A stretch of 64,000 nucleotides of DNA from Phoronis australis (GCA_002633005.1 NMRA01000567.1:192954-256953); one strand, 5' to 3'; counted from the stretch's first letter, positions 1-13,758 are shown. The notes: generated by a model not told the origin, from the sequence alone. Numbers and translations: made by a program.

Positions 1-3000
1 CCTACAACTCACCTGTCGACACACTTTATTTATTTGTATTCGACGTTCCGTTACAAAGTCGTATACGAAATATCGGAAAGTGAACATGGCCTTAGATAAA
101 GGCGATTCCGTAAGTACTGTATAGAGCGGAATGGCAATTGATGATATTTCGTTTGGTTTGTTCCTAACTGATGAACGCTTAAAACAACATTTCTCGCTAG
201 TGCCCAGAAAAGAGGCAAGTTGCACAGGTCATCATTGTTTTATGTGAGTGGTACATTCATGAAGAAAATTTCCTGTTGCTACAAACCCTGTTTGGCATAC
301 AATGCAAAATAAGATTTGTTTCCAGTCTCACGCGGGCCTCACTGCACAAACCTGTTATAGGTATATTAACTTTCAAATGAGTTGCTTCGAGATAATTGCC
401 GCTGTCTGTACACACTGCTGATATATTGTATTCCATTATTACAACACGCCGGGGATGTATCGACTGATGCACATCGCATACATAACCAGTAATTGTTATA
501 TCGGCACATCGCAACCTCTAATGTCACAGTAATTGCTCGCGCACTGAGAATGTAAAAGTCCCCTACATGGAATTTCGTAACAAAAAACGCTACTTGCGAC
601 CGCGGGAGATGAGTGCTAAACATACGTGTAACGATGTTTTAACGATTTTCAGAATTGATTTTGTTCAGCATCTACTAATACTTGCATTCCTCTTCAAATC
701 ATAATGAAATGTAATAGCATGCCTTATTGCGGTAATTTCGGACCTACTTAACATAAGGGATGACTGAGATGGATAATTTATTTTTTCACCATTTTCTCGA
801 CAAGTATAAGCTGAAATATGAAATCTGCTGCAGGTTCTTATATAATCTTTGTTAGCATAATTTGATTTGTTCAATTGTAATAAAACAACACCAGGTGAAA
901 ATCATCATTTGTTAAAAGGTCATCACCCCAGTTGAAAACTAATTACTTTTCAGTCACTTTTGGCGAAAACAAGAACAAGATTCTGTAGTCATTGCATGGT
1001 CAGGGTTGCGTAAAACTTCGAAACGTATCCGCTGGATAAGTGACATTGTTGCATGACGTCAACTACATCATTCAACAATAGCAACGTGACGTCTGAAAAC
1101 ATGACAACATTGATGCTATGCATCCGTAACGTTCATGCAACCGGATCCACAGCCTAGAACTTAACATCACCAACCAGGTGCCATAGCTTGTTATGACAAG
1201 TTTTCATTTGAAGAGTTGGCTCAGATAAATCGCCATACATGCTCAGCCCGTCGGCCAATAAGCTGGACTTATATACCTAAGAGGCGGACTTGGGAGGCAG
1301 TACTATTATTCTCACGGGCAAAAGTTGATCACATGTTTGCTGCTCACCAGTTGTCAAATTGTCCGACTCTTTTGCCTTCCAATACTGTTGCTGTTCTGTC
1401 ATGTCCACTAGAAGTTAATCAACTATTAATTAAAACCACACGGGTTCTTAAGTAATGTGTCACGGTCAAAAAACTCTGGTAGCTGACCCAAAAAAGACTC
1501 CAGTGCGCGCAAGCGTTGTGAACATTGTAATAAGACTGGACGTTCAAAGGCGTTTTGTGCATCAACATTATCATAGGTGCGAGTTGTTATTCTGGAAGCT
1601 TTGTTTGAGGTTGGCAGATTCGTGTCTAATTTGATGTTCGTTTTTACTATTTATCGCTCTTTCTGTCAAATGATTTGAGGACTTTGACGGGTGTGTTTTT
1701 ATTGACTAAAACCTGACTAATGCTGGTTTTTCTATAGTTTTGTCAACTACTACACATCAAGTTGGTGACAATCTTATTGTTTCAGTTTGTTTCATTGTCT
1801 ATCATACTCTGTAATTGCATGTTCAAGTTATGGGTCAGGAGTTGCGCGAATGTGTTTGCCGTTTAACCTGACGCCTTTATGCTGTGTCATTCCATACTAC
1901 ATTAGCTATAGAAATTAGTTTATTTCAGTATATTAGGCCACCAGCACTTGTTATAACATGACTTGATACAACATAAAAGTTCAGTAGCACTAGATTAAAC
2001 GTATAGTGGAAACTGAACGAAGTTCACGTCCCTTTTAAATGCATAGCACATAAAGTCACCGATACACCACACCTCAGTTTGACTTTCCATTCGCATCATA
2101 TTAATAAATTAGCTTGAAGTTTGGTGCTGGAAGGTAGTTATATCTTAGATCACTGTAAAATAGACATTCCAAGCAAAGGTGAAACTCTATCTCAACGTTT
2201 GGATGAACACAAACAGAACATAGACTCTGGGGTAACCTGAAGTGTCAGTCGACTTCAATCATCAATGAATGCGCTATCGAAGTCTCGTAACTTGAGCTTT
2301 CTAGTATCATCCCTATGCAAGTCAGCTGGAGTTATGCTTGGGGTTAAAATGTAGGCCTACCCTACACAAGGACGAGTGTGCGACTCACCCTCCGCCCGGA
2401 GATCACTGAGTCGCCGGAGCGTGTAACATAGTCCTAAAACTTCCCTCCAGCTACTACTGCAGATAAATCTTTACTATGGCAACCAATATAATATAACCAA
2501 CAAAGAATGTGTCATTAAAAAAACTTGAAACTGGTGTGAAAACAATAGCGCTACTTTCCGTCGTTCCGCAGCTGAAGTTGAGCAGCGATCTTATGTTAGA
2601 TTTAAGCTTTGATTCTTCAATAAAATCTTCTCTTCATGAGGATACGTTAGAATTCAAAAATATCCAAATGGGTTTCAGCGTTGTGTAAGCTATAGAAATC
2701 AACAAACTGAGTCTCTGGTCATTTCCTCTCCAGACCTAGGGCGTGTTTCTTGAAGAGACGTAGGTTTTGTCTTTTGACTAATAGCCAAAAGTCAGAAATC
2801 TAACTACAAATAGCCAAAAGTTGATTTCTTTGTATGCACTTCTCGAAGCGTTTTGTCTTCGGTCTAGTCGATCAGACTTCTGTCTTTTAACTACGAGTTG
2901 TCAATTTTTCTGGCTTTCAGCCGTTACCTGTTTTGTGAAACTGAAGTCACCCACAGACGGATTTTTATCCGAAAGACAAAGGGTATGAGACTTCGAGAAG

Positions 3001-4152
3001 CAGGCTACAGGGCGACACTGATTTCATCAATTCGCTTTTTGTTCCCGAAAAAAGGCCCATGGGCGCTAATTCTTTCCATTCCGAAGCGTCATTGGGCGCT
3101 TTGTGATGATGGACGATTTAGTATTGGAAATCCGGCTGGAGAGTGGTGCAAGGAATGACGATCATTTTATTGCGTTCCTTTTAATCGCCCGTTACGCGGG
3201 ACAGTTTGTCATAGTCGGTGGGCCAGAATTTGTAGGGCCTCTAGAAAATGGTTTTTGTGAGTACTTTAGGGGGGGGCAATTTTATTTTGGTGTTTTTTAA
3301 TTCATTTATTAGAGTGTTTTCAAAATCTAAAAAGTTCCCAGCCAAATGCAAGATTGTTACAAAAAAAAATTTCGGGTCAGACGACTTCTAGTTCACAGCT
3401 CCTGGATCCAGCTGTATAGCTGACTTGCTATTTGAATACATGCATGTATCCGTTAAATTTATGAGGAATGAGTAACGTAAGAAAGACAAGGATCCCAGTA
3501 TAGAACCCTGATTCATCGTCGACGGAATACCATTAATTTGTCAATTTCATACGTAATTGTCAATATTATTATGTTTCCATAACCCGACCATTTACGAAAT
3601 CGACGTTGTTGTTGTTGTTGAATTTCACCATATGTTGTATGATGATTTTTGTTCAAAACTCATCATGCTAGTAATGATTTTGTTGAGAAATTGAACAAAA
3701 ATGTTAAAGATATACTTCAAGCAGAATAAATTCACTCACTTTTGTTGACTGTTGGATAAATGCATAAACTTAGTGATTTGAACTTTTAATTGTGTTCAAC
3801 TAAAATGAATAGCTATTAACAACAAATGGTCTCATAAACCACATGGTTCAAACGCTAGAATGACCGATACGTATTTACTTTTTACTCCTTATATGTTGAT
3901 TTAGCTGATTTGTTTTGATTATCAGCATATTATAGCGGTTGTCGCCATGATGAATTGCGTTAAGTTAAACATCATGCCACTACGTTAATGTTGTGAAGTT
4001 ATAAAGTCAATCAAAAGTGTACAGTTTCCATGGTAATCGTGTTGCATCGACCGTAGCTCTAAAGCTTCATATGCACAAGCTCCATTATTTAAAGTACTCT
4101 GGTTAGTGCACCTGCCTTATGGTGTGGTGTCAAATTGGCTACACTTGATTGA

Positions 4153-4272
4153 CTTCGCCTGTTCCGCCAGGTCTGTCGGCTAAGACGTATCTGATTGGTA
4201 TGTAAGCCGGAAGTTGTAATCCTGAGCCAATCAGATGTCTTAGCCGCTTGACCCGGCGGAACCGGCAAAGTT
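4153..4272. repeat. About 120-bp imperfect palindrome (foldback element or MITE)
   Basis: gttccgccaggtc..cggctaagac..atctgattgg pairs with ccaatcagatgtcttagccg..gacccggcggaac. Confidence 0.75.
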
Positions 4273-4697
4273 TAGTCTTGCACTGAAGGCAGCTGTTAGA
4301 TATAGGAGTAGGTGTACAGCAGATATATAGCCACTCCTAGTGATTTTAACTGTCATATTAGTCTTTGTAACAACTGTTGTTTAGTTAGCAATCGGAAATC
4401 TGTATCTAACTGACCAAGTAGACAAAGACTTGACAATATTGCATCCTTTTCTCCCTCCCTCCCTCCCTCCCTCCCACCCGGCCCCTGCCTCCCACCGTCC
4501 CTCCCCAGTGGCGGATTTAGAGGGCCAAGGAGGGCATGGCCCCCCACTAACTCAAAATCCTCGATCNTCCTACCCTCCCTCTCTCCCTCCACCCATCTGT
4601 CTCTCTCCTTCCCCTTCCTCTTCCATCATTTCCTCTTGCAATTAATTTCAGTTGCAGTTTGTTTTCCATTCTCAAATTCTCCATTTTTCTATTGCAG

Positions 4698-5102
4698 GTT
4701 ATGGACACGTGGCCCCACTCTCCAATGGCGGAAAGGGGTTCTGCATAGTGTTTGCACTCATAGGCATTCCGCTAACACTGATAATGTTCACTGCTGTCGT
4801 CCATCGACTCCTTATCCCTACTAACAAGCTGCTCAACTTCATGAAGGACAAACTCAGCCACAAGCACTCCGAGTTTCACATACGACTGCTCCACCTATCT
4901 GCAGTCATCATTACCATTCTCATATTCATGTTCATTATTCCGTCTGTGATTTTCTCAGTTATCGAACCGGACTGGGATTTCCTCAGCGCATTTTATTATT
5001 GTTTCATCTCGCTCACGACGATAGGTTTAGGGGATTACATTCCGGGTGACCACGCAGATCAGTACGCCGCTGAGCGACCTATTTATAAAGTGGCAATAAC
5101 AG
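4698..5102 (+). CDS. Two-pore-domain K+ channel (K2P, TWIK/KCNK1-like), internal coding exon: end of P1, M2, M3, P2
   Basis: Acceptor ttgcag|GT at 4697/4698 and donor ACAG|gtgagt at 5102/5103. Translation (G)YGHVAPLSNGGKGFCIVFALIGIPLTL...WDFLSAFYYCFISLTTIGLGDYIPG has both K2P pore signatures, and GLG in P2 is typical of the TWIK subfamily. I did not find the first exon in the window. Confidence 0.95.
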
Positions 5103-5174
5103 GTGAGTAGGGATGCGTAGGGCACTTCAACTTTATTTGAATGGATTCAAAACGCCAAAATGACGTCATACTTA

Positions 5175-5583
5175 CAGGGATTTTCCGTAGATAAGCCCAC
5201 CCTATGAAACACCCATGTGCGTTTATTTGGTGTCACAACTTCTAGTGAGTCAAATGTCCTGATGGGGTGTTTATTCGGAAAAAAATTCCTCTTAAAAGCC
5301 CACTAAGCGTCAACTTTTTGTTACAAATTCAATTTATTTTGTGAACCATTCATCATTTATGAAAACGAACAAAATTTTGGCGAACTATGCATTTATTAAC
5401 ATAAAATTTAAAAACACAGTTTTAAGTAAAAAATGTCGAAGTCAGTAAAACTGTGACTTTCCATTTACACGCCCCCTTTTCCGAATAAACGCCCGGGCGT
5501 TTATTCAGTGTTACTAAAACTGCAGGAAACTTTCCGAATATTTCCGAATACACGCCCATGGGCTTATCTACGGAAAATCCTAG
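5175..5583. mobile_element. About 400-bp MITE (Tc1/mariner-like), copy 1
   Basis: TIR GGATTTTCCGTAGATAAGCCCA / TGGGCTTATCTACGGAAAATCC. A homologous copy lies at 49401-49799. Confidence 0.85.
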
Positions 5584-5732
5584 TGGTAACAAGCGAAGCT
5601 GAATCACAGCCGTATTTGTGACTGTTATGGTGACTTTCCACTTCTGATAGCAATGACTATGCAACTAATCGCTGTTTTAATACAACTGAATCGCTATGAA
5701 GATGCATGTGTGAAAACCTTATTTGCTGGCAG

Positions 5733-6390
5733 ATGCGCCACAAACACATTCGTGGGTGCATAATGCTGTCTTCTCCAGTGGGCGTCCAGGTGTCCGTCTT
5801 CCGGCGACTGATGTTGTGTTTCCTAAACCCAACTGGATCTTATTGAAATTTAACAGATCCGTCCCTACATGAAGCTGATGGCTGACGACGACGACGACTT
5901 TCTGGCTGACGAATCCGACTACTGCTGTGCCCCATGCGTTCCCATTGTCAACATTTTAGTTATTTCCGATTCCACCTCTTTATCGCCTCCAACTCTTTAT
6001 CCACCAAACCACTTGAACGACAGTCACGAAAATTAGCAGATACGTTCCTGTTGAGAAGCTTGATGTTGACCATGATTTTCGGGCGGGTCCGACTACTGTG
6101 GTGCCGTCTAGTGGCATTTTTGTTATTCTTTGCGTCTGCCGTTTTTGACTCCCTGATCCCTTGAAGGAAATTTGACTATTGTCTTCCCATGTATGTGACA
6201 ACAGATGGCGATCTCCTGGTAGCAATTTAGCTGTTTGCGTTGGCCTCTGTATCTTCAAAGGAACTAACGGATTTTCATGAAATTGGGCGAATAGGTTTCT
6301 AAAAAAGGAGTCGACGACCTATTTTCCGACGAACTCTGCGTAATTTGCGATACCTATTGTCACTTCTTTTATTTTTAATCTGTTTTGGCG
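5733..6390 (+). mobile_element. Partial HINE-family copy in the K2P intron
   Basis: Starts atgcgccac...gtgggtgcataatgctgtc. Contains cctctgtatcttcaaagg...cggattttcatgaaatt and gtgccgtctagtggc, reverse complements of the 61-62 kb units. Confidence 0.7.
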
Positions 6391-7261
6391 TCCGCCTCCA
6401 TCAGCTTACCAATCAAAAGATCGTTAAGAAAAAAGGAAGATGTCTTCCTTCTGACAGGGTCATGGTTGTCGGTTTTCGCCATCGTTCCTATGCTACTGTG
6501 GAGACCCCAAGTGGCCCACATAACCATACGACTGTGTTGCAGACGTGGGAGCATTTCAACTCCTGTTAAAATTCAATAAAGAGTTAAGGATAACAATTTC
6601 AAATCTGTAATATGAAAATTTTAAACCACTGACAAATGAAAAACATGTCAACCCATGATGTGATGGAAACAGTTCACTACAAAAATCCAGGCACCCAACG
6701 ACATTTCGCCAATGAATATTGTTATGTCGATGCCGGCAGTGACACAAGCTCGAAAATCCTTTAAAAGGCACGTTTTGGTTGGCCTGACGAACAAATGTGT
6801 CACTTCGGACGAGGACCCCAACGAATTGCTGAGGCGGGTTCGCTGGAGCAATGGTCAAAATGAAATATTCAAAAATATCCAAAATCATTCTCTTTTTCAC
6901 AGTACTACATAAGGTGTGGTTTTTTGTAATATTCTTTTAAAAACGCATTAAAAACATTAAACAAAATGTTCAAAAATTTGTCAAGATATGACGGCCTACA
7001 TGTAGTGGAATACCAAAGTGTTATTGTGAGAAAGTATTGCAATCATTTATACTAGTGCAAAAGATGTACTAGGCTAATCGGAGGATTTTACTCATGTCCG
7101 ATTGCAAGACACTCGCATGATGGTTTCACTTTCAGTAGGACATGCCAAACTGACCAAACGAACCTTTACAAAAGGTATTTCCCTGTTAAGGTATAAGCCT
7201 GTTGTTCAATGTTTCAAACACCATAATCACAGTTTTTTTTTCTTTTTTTTTTACCTTGTAG

Positions 7262-7512
7262 GTTACTTATTGATCGGCCTAACATTTATGATGCTTTTGC
7301 TGGCCGTTCTTTACGAAATACCCGAGTTAAATATCGGGCTACATTTCTATTTAAAAGATGTGTCCGGCGAAGTGGATGATGAAAAAGTTCGTTTGCGATC
7401 TTCAGGAGACAGCGGGCCAAAGTATACGGAGCACACGAACGAGTACTCACCGTCGTATCAAGACAGCGAGCCCACGAATTTGAACGAAGAAACCAGACTG
7501 ACTGGAACTTAG
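7262..7512 (+). CDS. K2P channel (TWIK/KCNK1-like), last coding exon: M4 and C-terminal tail
   Basis: Long poly-T tract plus gtag acceptor at 7261. Phase 1 matches the previous exon. Translation (G)YLLIGLTFMMLLLAVLYEIPELNIGLHFYL...TGT*, TAG at 7510-7512. AATAAA at 8621. Confidence 0.93.
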
Positions 7513-10500
7513 TTCGTTGAAGTTGAATCCAACTGATTTGACATTAACAGTGTCAACGATAGATGGCACTGCTACATGTACATCTCGTGTACGCGACTGA
7601 ACTTGGAACTGAGACTAGTGCATTTTGACTATAGGAAAATTGCAGCGCTGTGCTGGCTTGGCCTGTAATATCTCGTGTGATTTTGAGTTAACATTTTAAA
7701 AGCATTTCTGTTTATTATGAACAGCACCTATTTTCACAATTTTTGTGAAACATTTGGCGGTACTTTCTCATTCCTATGAAATGCCCACTCAATCTGCCTA
7801 TGTGTCATATTCATTTGCAAATTTGTCTCATATTCTGTATTCTTGTGAATGTAAAATGCTACTAAGTCCTGTTTTGGCATATCGAACTTGACCCGAACAC
7901 TTTCAGTCTTTAAAACAGAGCCGATGACTCAAGACTGCCATTAAAACATTTGAACTAGTTTGAAAAATAGAAGGTGCTTATGCGGGACAGCTGTTAGTGA
8001 AGAGATTTTACTTCGAACGACAGAGCTTACGACGCATGAAGAAAATGCCTTACCTAAATACGAACCAATTTTCTTGTAGGAAGTACCACAACAGGGTTAA
8101 TACCGTTTTAACTACATTTCTTAAATGGTGGTTGTGCAATACGCTAGTGTGGTGGAACGCGGAAGAGTTGGGTATACATGTAGATCATTTACATAATAAT
8201 GTCGAAGAACCAGTGTTGCAGGGAATAACTGGATTTATGTTTAATAGTGTGGATAGTGTTTCCAACGTAAAAGTGTCTGTGAACTGATTGTGCTAACTTT
8301 AATGTGTTATTTTTGTGAAAATTGTAAAATAAGTTGAGAAATACCAACACTTAGGGTACGTCTGTCCAAGGTTACGCGTTTTTCGATCTAGTACATCAGT
8401 GTCCATGTTCTGAACGATTTTATTGTGACAGACTGTCAAATGTGCAATATGTATTAAGTTTCTGGAATGAATACAACGGTACGTTGTACTGAAATCGGGT
8501 TTGATCGTCAGAGATTTGGTGTTGAGAAATAGGAATTAATTTGATATTCCTTCTTTCAGAGAAGCTTTATCAAGTCAGGTGTCAATTAATCAAAACTGAA
8601 ATATACGAAATTGAAAGGCAAATAAATGCCAATAAGAACATCTAGATTTCTTCTAGATTGCAAAGTCAATGACATTTATGAACTGTTTTACCTTTTGTGA
8701 TCAGCGCGTATTTTCATTCTCCACTGGGTGGGTAAAGAGTTGGTTTTGCACGGTGGCGTAGTTTATGTGTGACTGGGACAGTCTTGAGAGGTGGTGCCAC
8801 ACAGTCAGTTGTTCGATAAGGTTAGAGAAAAATATTTGATGCAGTACCGAGGGTATGGGTGAATCCACACGACTTCAATCGGCCAGTTTGGAGGCCATGT
8901 TACTTTTGTGTCTTTTTCGCTTCCAGTTTTAATAGGCCCGTTTGCCGAGTTACGCAATCGCAATGTGTTACTGAAATTGTTTTGCGTCAATTAGGCAGGG
9001 CGGGATCATAAAGTCGTGATTTCAACATGAACGTAGTGTGAGGTTCAACTAAGGTAATGCAAGACCTTACCCACAAGTCTGTAAAAGTATGCATTTCCTG
9101 AAAGCAACCCATGAGGAAGTTGGGTTTTGACTTCTTATCAATCTCCCATTAATTGAGTCACGTGCCAATGTCTTTTAGTAAAATCAGGAAAGCATTAGCA
9201 ACTCTTTCATAACAGAACTCTAGCCCTGAAATGCCAACTCCCACACGTGACCGATGCATTCTACTACTGGAGCTTGCGACGCCGAGACCAACCGCGAGAG
9301 TTTGTAACTTACCGGCTGTCTGCTTGACTGAGCTTTGATTGAGTGTTATAGTTGTAATCAAATCATCACTGTTTCCTTTTCATTTTAATATTTTTGTTCA
9401 TCAAGCGGGACTCTTGAGCTACGATGCTTGGCAACTACCGCTTTCTGGGCAAAATTAGTCAACAAAACCCGACAGTTACATTGTTCATTATTGATACGCA
9501 CCGACCCGTGGCCCCTACCGGATACCGGGAATAATCTAGCCTGTGATGTCTTTTCATCTCCAGTCTTACAACCACTCTTGTCAACCTTACTACATGCTAG
9601 GAATTTTTCAACAAGACATTTTGGTACGGAAAGAAAACCATCGGGAATATCTTCTGTGTGATTCACAAATAGTGGTCTTCAGGTCCTTCAATCTTCTGTA
9701 TCCTTTCAATGGCGGTTGTTGTTATCGTTTTTTCAAAACAATCTCTCATTTGTTGTTTGAGTCGCATGTATTGATACTGCTGTGGATCATATGAACATTT
9801 CTTGTGGTTGCCTCGACCAATTTGATTTTTTTCTAGTGAATTCCAAATACTTCCGCTTGTGAATAGTTGACGATGTCGGAATTTTGGGAAGCAAAGAGAA
9901 AATTGCCTTGGGCCACCACTCCAACAGAGAACCTTCGTCTGAAAGAGGCCCTTGATATGAAAGGTTATAATAAGCCCTTAAAGAGGTCCTCAAACAGAAC
10001 AAAAATATAGAATAGAGGAGACAATTGATTCCATCATTAGGGTCTCCCGCTGTGAACACCCCATAAGAAGAAATGATATAAATAAAAAATGGAAAAGAGA
10101 GGCCATGAGTGCCGCCATTAACGGGTCCCCACTAAGAGCTGGCGCTCATGAATATGAAAAGATATCTAATTTCAAATACAAGACTGCGAAGAAAGTGATG
10201 CAATAATAAAACTGTTTTCATGAATTTGAAAATTTTAATCAATTTTTTTCTGGAAAATTTGCACATAAACAGTTTTATCGGACTTTTTCAAGTTAATTTT
10301 TTGATTGAAACCACGTTTTTGAGTTCGTCTGGACAATCTACACGGCCAAAAACGGAATCCCCGTACAAAAATGTTCTGGACAGAGCGGCCCCCCACAAAC
10401 GGTAAACCCGGCACTAATAGTTGACAGATGTTCCTTTAAATTGTTTCTCTTCTGCGTGTTTCGATGTGTCTTTTTGTTCACGGTTTTCTAGTAGAATGCC

Positions 10501-11654
10501 GATCGCTACGATTTCACTGACACTGAAGGCAAATCTAAATCATATGCCCCTTTACAAAAGACATTCTGTATCAACCGGGGATCCAGGTTATTTTAAAAGT
10601 TGGTTCTATCAAGTATTTTTTAAAAAGGGGGGTCCAAATAGGCCTAAACAATTTGAAAATTCTAGATTCGATATCACTAAAAGGGGGGTCCGGACCCCCT
10701 TGACCCCTGGATCCGCCTATGAGCGAAGTCCACATGCGCCCGTCTTAGCCTGCAATCCGGGGATAGTCTGCACAGTTTGTCAAAAAGTCGCAAATCACAA
10801 AAAATTGAATGTTATTTTTTATTTCACATAAAATATTTACTAATTTGAAAATCGTTGACTTTTTTGCAATTGTAGCGTATGACATCAAATTTTGCAACAG
10901 GGGTCACATAGTAAAATGAGGAAAGGTATAAACACAAACACATGATCTGTGTCTTTTCACAGCAAAACAGCAAATTTGAATTTCTCACATGACCTGGAAT
11001 GTGTTACAACGACGACTGTGGTAATCATACAGAGTGCGTAATTTTTTATATTACATGGGCAAATCACAAAGTAGTGCAAAGTAGTGCAAAGTAGTAATCC
11101 ATACGCCTTAGAAAACACCAAAACAACCAAACGGCGCGTTAACCGAAAGCAATACCGGAATTCCGAGAAGGTGACAAGGTTATGATTGACAAATCGAGTG
11201 TCGCACTGAACGTACTCCCAGTCGGAAGGGCATGCAAACAACTTAAACGGACCCATCTTCGGTGACGAAGGAAATGCGGACGAACCCCAACTCAAGAAAC
11301 GCAGCGAGCCAGCTGCTGACTTATTTATAAACATTTTTTAAATCTTAATATTACAACTTCAAATACTATTTATTAGATTCTAACTTCATTATTTGCTACG
11401 AAAGCTGCAATTTACAATTGTTTAGGTTAAAATAAAACTATATTAACATTAAGTAACTGAATTACTTTACGTTGCGCAAGCGTGTTTTTACAAAAGAAAA
11501 TGTGGTTGAAAGTTATAGATACGTCGAGTTTTTCGGCAAAAAGTTCGTTTTTACGGTTCATGTGAGAAAATAAATCCTGTTGACGACTCGTCTCAGGTTT
11601 ATGACAGGTCCTGGGCGTTACTGAACTATACGTAAAAGGTCATTTGTTGACCTC

Positions 11655-11662
11655 TGACGTCA
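11655..11662. promoter_or_regulatory. CRE-type palindrome upstream of GLO1
   Basis: TGACGTCA about 120 bp upstream of the GLO1 ATG. Function unproven. Confidence 0.3.
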
Positions 11663-11779
11663 GCAGTAGCCCTGTAGACGGCGATACTTGAACAGTTGTT
11701 GTCTCTATTGACATTCTTTCCAAGGCTTCGCTGAGGTTGTTGTCGGTGCTTTCTAGTTGGTTGTAAACGAAGTTGCACA

Positions 11780-11842
11780 ATGTCACAACTCTCCGCAGAT
11801 GACCAAGCAAAGGCCCTCAAGGATCCAGATCCTGCGACAAAG
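11780..11842 (+). CDS. GLO1: Glyoxalase I (lactoylglutathione lyase) exon 1
   Basis: MSQLSADDQAKALKDPDPATK|gtatag. DPDPxTK matches the animal GLO1 N-terminus. Phase 0. Confidence 0.88.
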
Positions 11843-12489
11843 GTATAGTGAATCTCACTCAGTATTAGTGTAAAGGCCGTTTTCGTTGTTTTATCCTGTT
11901 CGACTGTAAGCCTGGCTAGTAAGATGCCAGGACCAGAGGGCTACCTGACCTGCACATTTGTGGTACACCCGTGTAAGAACCCTCAAATACCACGTCGATC
12001 CATGGGTAGGTGCTTGCACAACTATCCACATCATGACATAGGCTAAACAGTGCCACTGTCTCGACTGGCCGTTGATAAAAGTTCATAGGCCAGAAGCTTT
12101 CCTGCGAATTGCCTCACAATGATTAAAATTCAAATCCACGTTGTTAATAACTTTTGCGCATGTAGCCAGGGACACCTTAGGAGGCCGCTGATGTCTTTTA
12201 TTCCTTCTAACTCAAACATGTACTCCCATAGTACCTCAAACTTTTTTTCAAGCAGTCCTTTGTCATTTCTCGTGGCGCATGCAGTATTAAATGGCCAGTT
12301 GCTGATTTGGACCACTGAATGAAGGACTGCTTGAAAAGTGTTGTCATCCCATAGGTCCTCTTTATGCAGGACGCTTTTCATCAAATTATGCCACACACGC
12401 ACAGTGGCTAAATGTTCAAAGTCACATTGCTATAAGCATCTTTTGAGCATAGATGGACGCCTTAATTGGTTCAGAGAGACAGTTAGAGT

Positions 12490-12921
12490 TTTTAAATCCT
12501 AGCTTTAACAAGTACTCCTGTAATTGACATATTTTTCAAAATAGCCTTTCACTCAGACAGCGAAATGGTCAAACTAGCCAGTGCTTGCACCAGTGTGCTT
12601 CTCAACATGACCTCAGCTCAACTGTTGACCTCAGCTCAACATGACCTCAGCTCAACATGACCTCAGCCTTTTAACTGCTTCGACGGTCAGAGCCGCCTTT
12701 TAGGCAATTACTGGACCACATGACAATTGTGTTTACATGATAGTGGAATGTGATGCCAGTGCTTACCTTCAACCTGATTAAAAGGTTGAGGTCATGTTGA
12801 CATGTGCATTGACGCAGGTAGGGCAAAAATTTGCTTGTTCACAATTTCGTTGATGAAAGAAAGACTATTTGAAAAAAATGTTGATTGTGGAAGTATTTGT
12901 TTGAGCTCGGGATTTAAATAC
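12490..12921. mobile_element. Old palindromic MITE in GLO1 intron 1, containing a 16-bp tandem repeat
   Basis: 12490-12550 is an imperfect reverse complement of 12855-12921. About four copies of CTCAACATGACCTCAG at 12601-12667. Confidence 0.7.
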
Positions 12922-13348
12922 TTCAGCTACCCAAATGGAAGGTACATACAGTAGTACAAGACATAAATTAAAGTAATGTGTGACAAAATACCGTATCCCC
13001 ATCATGACGGCTAATTTGGATATTGGCAAAAATAACTGTTAAAATATTACTAACTTTCCTGCAAATTCCTCTTCATTCTGGGTCACAAGGGAAATCTGTT
13101 CAGACGATGAATTTGGCTTCTGCCCAGCTGTCATGTACTGTTAAGTAACATATTTTAATATGTTAAAACTTTTGTAGTTTAGCCATGGTTAAATGTAATT
13201 TGCAGAAAATCTTCCGGCACACAGGATGGATTAGGATGTGTCACCGCCTATAGTTGGAATGTGCTTGGCGAATATGTAGGGAATATTAACTCAGTGTTGA
13301 GGTATCGTGCAAAGAGTACATTGACAGAATTGTCATAATTATTTACAG

Positions 13349-13431
13349 GACTTCATATTTCAACAGACAATGATTCGTGTGAAGGACATCAAAAAATCAC
13401 TTGAGTTTTACTCCAGTGTTTTAGGAATGAG
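13349..13431 (+). CDS. GLO1: Glyoxalase I exon 2
   Basis: ttacag|[27 protein letters not shown](R)|gtaggt. Contains the metal-ligand Gln of the QQTM motif. Confidence 0.96.
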
Positions 13432-13758
13432 GTAGGTTTAAGCCAACTGGGTTAAAATTTTGTAACTAGATGCCATAGTTAATAAATTCGAGGCCATAAA
13501 ATATAGCGTCTGACCTAACTTTTCAGAATTTAGTTTCAGAAACCAAACTTAAGAACACTGGTTTCAGTGCATTTATTCCAACCAGTGTTTTATTGCTGTA
13601 AAGTCATTGCGTTAATTGCCCTGCTCTGCACAAAAGGAGCTTAGATCAATGCTGCCGATTAGGAGAATTGGGGCACAAGGTGCCCTTAAATAGACATAAT
13701 ATCTTGTGACATAAACAGTTTGATGATTATCACGACTTTCCTGTTTCCCAAATTTCAG

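Noticed and set aside
4652-4697. N-terminal extensions of ORFs 4652-5110 and 7102-7512
   Set aside because: They are intronic polypyrimidine tracts read in frame. The true exons start at 4698 and 7262.
9833-9892. Minus-strand SDIVNYSQAEVFGIH as ALKBH1 exon 5
   Set aside because: The spacing is wrong, TAG follows the His so there is no HxD, and there are no suitable splice sites.
12119-12402. 90-aa minus-strand ORF in GLO1 intron 1 as a nested gene
   Set aside because: Non-ATG start, no recognisable homology and no clear exon boundaries.
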